This document shows positions 1 to 7,700 of a stretch of 64,000 bases of DNA, in pieces. The notes under the pieces are model-generated. The model saw nothing but the letters and a program-made list of their open reading frames with translations. It searched no databases and had not been told where the DNA came from. The stretch covers positions 5,603 through 69,602 of the forward strand of contig JAXDKT010000161.1 in the NCBI GenBank assembly GCA_034666965.1, given 5' to 3'. The DNA comes from Chloroflexota bacterium. GTDB taxonomy: Bacteria; Chloroflexota; Limnocylindria; Limnocylindrales; CSP1-4. Every line of letters starts with the position of its first letter. Position 1 is the first letter of the stretch. A program made the translations under genes and the position numbers.

Positions 1-61
1 GCCTTTCGGACGGCCCCGGGCGGCTTCCCGGCCAGCGGGCTGCGGGTCGGAGTCCGGCGGG

Positions 62-67
62 TATAAT
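62..67 (+). promoter_or_regulatory. TATAAT -10-like hexamer in leader of first CDS
   Basis: Exact TATAAT at 62-67 in an otherwise GC-rich leader about 115 nt upstream of the 181 start. No convincing -35 element. Confidence 0.2.
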
Positions 68-180
68 CCGGCCCACCTGCCAGCCGACCGAGGGTCGCCC
101 GTCGCCGGCCCCGAGACCTCGACCAGCCAGCCGGGGGCGCCCGGACCGCCAGCCCGCCAGATCCGAGACGAGGCCCGCAT

Positions 181-2463
181 TTGGCCGTACGGCTCCAGAT
201 GAAGCTCGGCTACGTGGCCGAGCAGGACCGCCTCCCCGACTCTCCGGACACGGTTGCGCCCTTCGAGCCGACGATCGGCGCGATCAGTCGCTCGAAGGGG
301 AGCCTGTACCTGCTCGTGACCGGTCGCACGCCCGGTTCGCGCTTCGGAGAGCTCACCCGGCAGGTCGCCGAAACGATCCACCGCGAGTACTACTACGACG
401 AATCGGCCGGCATCGCGGTGTGCCTGTCGAAGGCGATCAAGGCCGCCAACAAGAAGCTCGGCCACCAGCGCGATCGGGTTGCCGGCGACGAGGCCAACGG
501 CCCGATCGGCGTGGCGGCCGCAGTCGTGCGGGGCAACGAGCTGTACGTCGTCACGATCGGACCGGCGCAGGCGTACCTCATCCGCCAGGCGCGCCTGTCG
601 ACGTTGCCCGATCTCCATCGTGAGCGCGGTCTGCCCACGACCGAGATCGAGCCGGACGTCTGGCGTGGGGAGGTGTCGGTTGGCGACTCGGTGGTGCTCG
701 CCTCGCCCAACCTGATGGCTCGGCTCGGGCCCGACGAGCTCAAGGACGCGATGGTCACCCTCCATCCCCAGTCCGCAATGGAGCACCTCCATCACCGCTT
801 CATCGCTGCCGATGGCAGTGGCAGCGACGGGGCGATCGCCTTCGAGGCGACCGAGGTGTCGGCCACCACCAAGCAGCGCAAGCTCGTTCCGGTCAAACCG
901 GCCGAGCCCCTGGCCGGCTCGCCCGACCGGTCGCCGATCCCGCTGGCCGACAGCGTCACGGCCGGCGCAGCCGCGGTCAGCCAGTCGGCGCGCCAGGCCA
1001 CATCCGCCGCGGGTGGCGCCGCCGGACGGTTCCTGGGCGGGATGCAGGACCGCCTGCCCAGACGCTCGGATCCGACCGAACGCCGGGTGACGGGAACCTC
1101 CGCCCGGCGCGAGACTCAGCGCCGGGCGGCCGTCGCCGTTCTGGCCCTGGTCGTGGTCGTGGCAACCCTGGGCATCGGTGTGTGGTTGTTTGCCGGCAAG
1201 GAGGGGTCGCCCGGCACGCTCGGTTCGCAGAACGCCGGACAGAAGGCCCTGATGGCCGCTCAGACCGCGATCGGTCAGGTCTACGGTCCGGGCGTCGACC
1301 TGGTCAAGAACGACCCGCCCCGCGCGACCGATCTGCTGAGCGAGGCCTGGCGTCAGCTCGACGCGGCCGCCGCGGCCGGGGTCCCGGCTGCGGCCATCGA
1401 CCCGCTTCGGGCCAAGGCCCGGGGCGGGCTCGACGAGCTCTACCGGATGGAGCCCGTCGTAGCGACGGCCCTGCTCTCCCTGGTCGACGCCAAGCCGGCG
1501 GTCGACCTCCGGGGGCTGGCCCTCGGTCCCGACAATGCGCCCTACGTCCTCGACGCGGCGACCCACTCGGTGTACCGGATCGACGTCAAGGCCGGCAAGG
1601 CCGGGCTCATCGTCAAGGCCGGCCAGGCCGTCGACGGGACCAAGGTCGGCGAGCCCACGTTCATCGCCCGGGCCGGACCCGACCTGCTCATCCTCGACGC
1701 CAAGAACGTCCTGTGGCGCTGGCGTCCAGCCGACCGGACCGGCTCGGGCACCCTGCGCCGGGTCAAGGTGCTCGGCGCGGCGGGCTGGGGCGACGATGTC
1801 AGGGCGATGGGCGCGTTCGAGACCAACCACGAGGCGGGGCTGTACCGCCTGTACGTGGTCGATCCGTCCGCCAAGCAGATCCTGGCCTACTCGCCGGCGG
1901 CTGACGGTGGCGGCTTCCCAGGCGCGGCGAGCCCCTGGTTGGCCGCCCCTCAGGACGTCTCGGCGGTGGACTCGATGCTCATCGACGGCGACATCTACCT
2001 CTCGCGATCGGGCTCGATCGCGCGCTTCATCAAGGGCGGCAACGCGACCTGGAAACCGGCCGATCCGGGCGATTCACTCCTCCGTGCGGCCCCTGTCTAT
2101 TCGCTCCTGGCCACGGGCGCGATCGGGTCGGACAAGGACAAGGGGCCGGTCTACGGCTACGACCGCCCCAACGGCCGGGTGATCGCCCTGGCCAAGGACG
2201 GCGGCTCCATTGTCGGACAGTACCGCCTCAACGGCGACGACCCGGCCTGGGCCGACCTGCGCGGGATGTACGTGGTCGCCGGGCTGGGCGACGAGCCCGC
2301 GACCCTGGTGTGGATCGACAAGAATCGGGTGATGAGCTCGATCCTGGAGGCGGTCCAGACGCCCACGGCCTCGCCCGGGCCGGGGTCTGGGGCCAGCCCG
2401 TCGGTCAAGCCGTCAGCCACGCCGAAGGCCACCAAGAAGCCGACCAAGACCCCCAAGCCGTGA
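181..2463 (+). CDS. membrane protein: N-terminal degenerate PP2C-like domain, one TM helix, beta-rich extracytoplasmic domain, Pro/Thr/Lys-rich tail
   Basis: 760-aa ORF (TTG start; ATG at 199 is an alternative). The N-terminal 150 aa are laid out like a PPM phosphatase (GxxxR...GVAAAVVRGNELYVVTIGPAQAYLIRQ) but lack the metal-binding DGxGG motif. Hydrophobic segment AAVAVLALVVVVATLGIGVWLFAG, then a repeat-like beta-rich C-domain ending KPSATPKATKKPTKTPKP. Confidence 0.6.
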   Translation: MAVRLQMKLGYVAEQDRLPDSPDTVAPFEPTIGAISRSKGSLYLLVTGRTPGSRFGELTRQVAETIHREYYYDESAGIAVCLSKAIKAANKKLGHQRDRVAGDEANGPIGVAAAVVRGNELYVVTIGPAQAYLIRQARLSTLPDLHRERGLPTTEIEPDVWRGEVSVGDSVVLASPNLMARLGPDELKDAMVTLHPQSAMEHLHHRFIAADGSGSDGAIAFEATEVSATTKQRKLVPVKPAEPLAGSPDRSPIPLADSVTAGAAAVSQSARQATSAAGGAAGRFLGGMQDRLPRRSDPTERRVTGTSARRETQRRAAVAVLALVVVVATLGIGVWLFAGKEGSPGTLGSQNAGQKALMAAQTAIGQVYGPGVDLVKNDPPRATDLLSEAWRQLDAAAAAGVPAAAIDPLRAKARGGLDELYRMEPVVATALLSLVDAKPAVDLRGLALGPDNAPYVLDAATHSVYRIDVKAGKAGLIVKAGQAVDGTKVGEPTFIARAGPDLLILDAKNVLWRWRPADRTGSGTLRRVKVLGAAGWGDDVRAMGAFETNHEAGLYRLYVVDPSAKQILAYSPAADGGGFPGAASPWLAAPQDVSAVDSMLIDGDIYLSRSGSIARFIKGGNATWKPADPGDSLLRAAPVYSLLATGAIGSDKDKGPVYGYDRPNGRVIALAKDGGSIVGQYRLNGDDPAWADLRGMYVVAGLGDEPATLVWIDKNRVMSSILEAVQTPTASPGPGSGASPSVKPSATPKATKKPTKTPKP

Positions 2464-2476
2464 GCGGCGCCGTGCC

Positions 2477-3181
2477 GTGATCCCGCTCCGGGACGCCAAC
2501 CCCGTCCGCCGCCGACCGGTCGTCACCCTGGCGATCATGGCGGCCTGCTTCGCCGTTTTCGGACTCGAGCTCGGGGCCCAGGCGGCCGGTGGCGAGGCGG
2601 GCCTCGAGGCTTTCTTCCGGGCGTACGGCGTCGTGCCGGTCGACCTGCTCGACGCGGTCGACCACGGTCGATGGCTGAGCATGCCCGTCCTGACCCTGAT
2701 CAGCCATCAGTTCCTGCACGGCGGCTGGCTCCACATCGGGGGCAACATGCTCTACCTGTGGATCTTCGGCAACAACGTCGAGGACCGCCTGGGCCGGCTG
2801 GGCTTCCTGCTGTTCTATCTGGCCGGCGGAATGGTTGCCGCGTTGACCCAGGTCGCGATCGACCCGGCCTCGGACGTCCCGCTGGTGGGCGCGTCGGGAG
2901 CCATTGCGGCCGTGCTGGGGGCCTATTTCGTGCTGTTCCCGCGGGCACGGGTCCTGTCGATCGTGTACGTGGTCGTGTTCTTCCAGCTGATCGAGGTTCC
3001 CGCGGTCTTCGTCCTGGGGCTGTGGTTCCTGCTCCAGGTCATCGACGGGCTGGCCTCGCTGGGGGCCACCGACATCGTGGGCGGCGTGGCGATCTTCGCC
3101 CACATCGGCGGCTTTGTGGCGGGCATGCTGGCCGGGCTGCTGCTTCGCTCGCGCGGGCCACGACCGCTCGGTGCGGCTTGA
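2477..3181 (+). CDS. rhomboid-family intramembrane serine protease
   Basis: Six or more TM segments. Catalytic GASGAI (GxSG) motif and downstream FAHIGGFVAG His motif. HxxxN-like HGGWLHIGGNMLYLW segment. Confidence 0.85.
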   Translation: MIPLRDANPVRRRPVVTLAIMAACFAVFGLELGAQAAGGEAGLEAFFRAYGVVPVDLLDAVDHGRWLSMPVLTLISHQFLHGGWLHIGGNMLYLWIFGNNVEDRLGRLGFLLFYLAGGMVAALTQVAIDPASDVPLVGASGAIAAVLGAYFVLFPRARVLSIVYVVVFFQLIEVPAVFVLGLWFLLQVIDGLASLGATDIVGGVAIFAHIGGFVAGMLAGLLLRSRGPRPLGAA

Positions 3182-3229
3182 GCGGCCGCCCAGCGTGGCC
3201 CGCCGGATGACCGTGGGATAATCGCGGCC

Positions 3230-3784
3230 ATGACCGAGCTCGTGGAGATGGTCGTCGAGAGCGTCCGGGTGCACATGCCCTCGAGCCAGCACGTGGTCAT
3301 CCTCAAGGAGCTCGACCACGAGCGCTACCTGCCGATCTGGATCGGCCCCTGGGAGGCGAACGCGATCGCCATGAAGCTCCAGGGCGTCTCGTCGGAACGG
3401 CCGCTCACCCACGACCTGTTCTCGGCGACCCTGGACGAGTTGGGGGTCGCCGTCCGGCGAGTGGTCATCTCGTCGCTGGCCGAGGAGACCTTCCATGCCC
3501 GCCTGTTCCTCGAGTCCGGAGGGCGCGAGCTGGAGGTCGATTCGCGCCCGTCCGACGCGCTCGCCCTGGCCGTTCGGGTCGGCGTCCGGATCTTCGCCTC
3601 GGACGAGGTCCTCGACCGCGCCGGTGTTCGGCCTGACGATGCCGCCGGCTCGTTGGAGGGCCTCGAGTCGACCGACGACGCGGCCAACGTGGCCGACCCG
3701 CGCCTGGCGGTCTTCCGGGAGTTCATCAACTCGCTCGATCTGGGGGGCGATCTGGGAACCCGGGAGGGCCCCAACCGCGAGTAG
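3230..3784 (+). CDS. bifunctional nuclease (BFN/DUF151) domain protein
   Basis: VILKELDHERYLPIWIGPWEANAIAMKLQGVSSERPLTHDL ... RPSDALALAVRVGVRIFAS matches the BFN family signature. Confidence 0.7.
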   Translation: MTELVEMVVESVRVHMPSSQHVVILKELDHERYLPIWIGPWEANAIAMKLQGVSSERPLTHDLFSATLDELGVAVRRVVISSLAEETFHARLFLESGGRELEVDSRPSDALALAVRVGVRIFASDEVLDRAGVRPDDAAGSLEGLESTDDAANVADPRLAVFREFINSLDLGGDLGTREGPNRE

Positions 3785-3856
3785 CCACGCCTGAACCGCG
3801 AGCGGCGATGGGGGCTCAAGGCTCATCCGCGGCGAGCGCCGAGGCATGCGCCGCGC

Positions 3857-4690
3857 TCACTCGTCGAGGATGGACTCCCCCCGAGCCAGGGCCCGGTCGG
3901 GCGACGCCCACATCCGCACGCGCAGGAGCCAGAAGTCGCGCACGGCCCTGAGGATGACCTGCGGGTTGGCCCCCGTTGGCGACCCCGCCGTGCGTGGATA
4001 GTGGGGAACGCCGACCTCGACCACGGTTCGGCCCAGCGTTCGCAGGCGGATCAACAGCTCCGCCGACAGGAACGCGCCGCCCGATTCGACCCGGATCCCG
4101 TGCAAGGCTTCGCGGCGGTAGAGCTTGCAGGCGCAGTCGACGTCGGTCGCCCGCAGCCCGAAGAAGATCCGATTGGCCAGCCGGTAGCCCCGGGCGTAGA
4201 TCGTCCGGATGAGCGGGTCGGCCCGGCGAATCCGGTACCCGATCACGACCGCCGGCCGATCCCGGGCCGACATGCGCTCGGTCAGGCGACCCAGGTCGGC
4301 GATCCTGAACTGCCGATCCCCGTCGGTGAACGCCACGAAACCGAACCGGGCGGCGTGGAACCCGGACCGCAGCGCCGCGCCATAGCCCAGGTTGGTCGGG
4401 TGGTGGACGGCCCGGACGATTCCGGGATGGGCCGCGGCCAGCCGGTCGGCGATCTCCCCGGTCCGATCGCGTGACCCGTCGTCGACGACAACGATCTCGA
4501 ACCGATCGGCCAGCGTCGGCAGGGTGGCCAGCGCCTCGATCACGAGCGGCTCGAGGTTGTCTTCCTCGTTGTGGGCCGGAAAGAAATAGGACAGCTCCGG
4601 GACCCGCACGGGGTCACCGGTGGGCGCGCCTTCCTGTTGGCCAAGGTGTGCGTCGCTCACGGCGGGAATGTCTCCGGGGTGCTCATCCAA
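3857..4690 (-). CDS. GT2 polyprenol-phosphate mannose synthase-like glycosyltransferase (DPM1/Ppm1 catalytic-domain type, stand-alone)
   Basis: GT-A motifs: FPAHNEEDNLEPLV, VVVDDGSRDRTGEI, NLGYGAALRSGF, FTDGDRQF (DxD-like). No fused Lnt-like membrane domain. TTG start at 4690. Confidence 0.8.
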   Translation of the reverse strand: MDEHPGDIPAVSDAHLGQQEGAPTGDPVRVPELSYFFPAHNEEDNLEPLVIEALATLPTLADRFEIVVVDDGSRDRTGEIADRLAAAHPGIVRAVHHPTNLGYGAALRSGFHAARFGFVAFTDGDRQFRIADLGRLTERMSARDRPAVVIGYRIRRADPLIRTIYARGYRLANRIFFGLRATDVDCACKLYRREALHGIRVESGGAFLSAELLIRLRTLGRTVVEVGVPHYPRTAGSPTGANPQVILRAVRDFWLLRVRMWASPDRALARGESILDE

Positions 4691-4796
4691 GTCGACGGCC
4701 GGCCTCGAGCGTCCGACGAAGGACCCTGCGCTATACTCCGCTCCACCTCAGCGCTCGTGCAGGAGACGGACCTCTCTGGCAGTCGTTCATCCCGGT

Positions 4797-7700
4797 GTGC
4801 CCGACCGAGGCAGCGCAGCACCGAGGCGGTCGTTCGAGGCTGCCGGAGCGCTCCTCGCGATCCTGATCCTCGGTCTCGCCTTCCGCCTCATCATCGCATA
4901 CGTCCTGCTCCCGGGGTCCGGCTTCGGTGTGGACCGGAGCACCTTCCAATTCTGGGCCAGCGACCTCGCGGCGCACGGGCCGTTCGGCTTCTACGGACGC
5001 GGCTTCTTCGTCGACTACACCCCCGGGTATCTGTACGTCCTGTGGCTGGTCGGCATCGTCGGCAATGCCCTGGGCGTCATCGGCGACCTGATCAAGCTGC
5101 CCGCGATCGTTGGCGACGTGGCGCTCGCATGGCTGATCCACTCGTTCGTCCGGGAGCTCGGTGGCTCGCGGCGGGCGGCCCTGATCGGGGCCATCCTGTT
5201 CCTGGTCAACCCGGTGACCTGGTTCGACAGCGCCATCTGGGCGCAGGTCGATTCGGTCGGCGTGGTCTTCCTGCTCCTGGGCCTGCGCGATCTTTGGCGG
5301 CATCGCCCCGAGCGGGCCTCGCTCTTCGCGGTCGTCGCCGCGATCGTCAAGCCGCAGCTGGGCATCCTGGTCCCGATCATCGCCGTCGTCCTGCTCCGCC
5401 GCCACGTCTACGAGTGGCTCCGGCCGCCCGTTGCGGCGTCCGCCGGTGGAGGCCGGTCGACGGATCTGTCGCCGGCCCGCCCGCGCGGCGATCCCTGGTT
5501 CGACCGGCTCGGCACCGGTCCGATCCGCCTGCTCACCAGTGCCGGAATCGGCCTGCTCAGCGCGATCGGGCTGTGCCTGCCCTTCGGGTTGTCCCCGGTC
5601 GGGCTCCTCGACCTGGTGGCCCGGGCCGCGGGCGGATACCCGTACGTCACGGTCAACGCCTACAACCCCTGGGCGCTCCTGAGCCATGACGGCAACGGGC
5701 TGGCTCAGAACGGCCAATGGCTGCGCGATGTGGCGGGTGATCAGACCGGCCAGGCCGCAACCTTGCTCGCCGGAATCCCGGCCGTCTACATCGGGACGGC
5801 CCTGCTCCTGACGGCGATCGCTGTGGTGGTCATCGTCGTCGCCCGCTGGGCCCGGCCCACCCTGCTCACCCTGGACGGCGTCGGGCGGAGGATCGCGGTC
5901 GTGACCGACGAGCGCCGCCTGCTCGTGGTGGCGCTGACGGTCCTTGCCCTGGTCTTCTTCGTGCTACCGACCCGGGTCCACGAGCGCTATCTCTACCCAG
6001 CGTTTGCCCTCGGCGCGATCCTCGCGGCCAGCTCGCTCCGCTGGCGGATCGCCTATGTCGTCCTGGCCCTGGCCAGCTTCGCGAACCTGTACGCGATTCT
6101 GCTCACGCCCTTCTACGAAAACCCGGGGATCAAGGACTGGCTGGGGATCGGCGACGCGATCCGGTCGCCACTGGGGGTGACCCTGGTGGTCGCCGCCCAC
6201 GTGATGGTGCTCGTCTGGGCCGCGACTGAGCTCCGGCCGGCGGCCATCCGCCGACTCGACCTCGAGACGCTCCGCGACGCCCTGCGGGAGCGCGCCCGCG
6301 AGGACGGCAGCCCCGCCGACACTGAACCGGCGTCCAGGGGCCCGGAAGCCGGGGCCCGGCTGCGAGACCTCGAAGGCGCCCGGTCTGGCGACCCGGCTGC
6401 CATCGGCAGCGGCCCAGTCGTCATGGGCGCGCTCCGCCCCGACAGCCAACCCGCCGGCCAGTCGGGCGGGCTGCCCCTGCCCTTTGGCCTGGGCGCGGTT
6501 CGGGCCCGGTTGTCCGACCGATCGCGCAGTCTCCACGGTGAGGGCGGCGGGCGGCTCGACCGCCTCGACGTCTGGCTCGTCATCGTCATCGTGGTCGCCA
6601 GCCTGGTCCTGCGGACGTTTCGGTTGTCCGAGCCGTACCGGATGCACTTCGACGAGGTCTACCATGCCCGGACCGCGACCGAGTTCCTCCAGGACTGGCG
6701 CTACGGCCAGCCGCACGACATCTACGAGTTCACCCATCCTCACCTGGCGAAGTACGTCATCGCCCTGGGGTTGATCGTCGCCGGCGACGACCGGGTGACG
6801 GCCCAGCGCTCGCTGGGGACCGCGACCCGGGACGTCCTGGTCGAGCCGCGCTGGCTCGATCCGTCCCTGCCCGGGGGTCGGGCCGGGGAACGGTTCTATG
6901 CGGCCGGCGGGGACCGCCTCACCGCCTACGACCTGGTCGGTCGCCAGGAGATCGCGAGCTGGCCGGTCCCGGGGGCGAGCGCCCTGGCCCTCGATCCGGT
7001 CGCCCATCGGGTCCTGGTCGGGACGGACGGCGGCGCGCTGCTCGCACTCGATACGACCGCCGAGCTCGACCAGCTCCGGGCCGGCGGCTCCGGGAGCGGC
7101 TCGGGCAGCCCGGCGGCTGAGCTCGGCGGGCCGACGGCCCTGGCCGAGGTCGGAGCCCCGATCGTCCGAATGGCCATCACCGACGACGGGACCGGGTTGG
7201 CCCTGGTCACCGGCGGCGGCGAGGTCGTCTCGGTCGACCCCGGCAGCGGCGCCGTCCTCGCCCGGACGCCGATCGAAGGCGCCGCGGACGTGGTCGACGG
7301 CGGGCTCGGGAATGGCCTGACCGCAGACCCGACGAGCGTGACCGACCCGGCGGCCGCGGCCGGCGTGCTGGCCGGGATCACCGGCGGGGACCGGGCCGAC
7401 TACCAGGCCCGCCTGGCGAAGGCGGCCACCGGCGACGCCGGCGAGCTCGTCGTGCTGGCCGGCTTCCCGGATGACCAGCGTGCGCCAATCGATGCCGCGA
7501 TCGCCGATGGCCGGCTGACAGGCTTCACGGTCACGCCCCTGCCCCGGATCGCGGTTACCGGTTCGAATGGGCTGTCATTCGTGTCGCCGGCCACCGGCGA
7601 GGTTGTCGATACGATCGAGCTCGATGCCGCGGGTCGCGGCGTGGCCAAGGTGACCGGGATCGACAAGCCGACGGTGTACGTCGCCCTGGCCGACCGGCGG

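Noticed and set aside
2405-3847. Long antisense/alt-frame ORFs of the type 2405..3847(-), 4731..5717(-), 5964..7007(-), 7575..8555(-), 8246..9160(+), 9182..11467(+), 12726..13940(+), 13756..15558(+), 15377..16669(+), 22047..23912(+), 24040..25107(-), 24438..26048(+), 26336..28168(+), 28843..29829(+), 30211..31494(+), 31491..32876(+), 33384..35357(+), 37989..40430(+), 40723..42087(+), 42075..43637(+), 44440..46248(+), 45771..48329(+), 48629..49708(+), 49863..51011(+), 53828..55930(+), 56232..57650(+), 56794..58884(-), 58296..59882(+), 60260..62071(+), 62904..63920(-)
   Set aside because: They are Arg/Gly/Pro/Ala-dominated low-complexity translations typical of shadow ORFs in 70% GC DNA. Each overlaps a gene with strong family signatures on the other strand or frame. 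None shows a recognisable domain motif.
7081-7110. Short tandem GGCTCGGGCAGC-type repeats that look CRISPR- or VNTR-like
   Set aside because: They lie inside the giant GT-C CDS and encode a GSGSGSGS linker. There are no spacer/repeat periodicity and no cas genes. No CRISPR array is present in the window.
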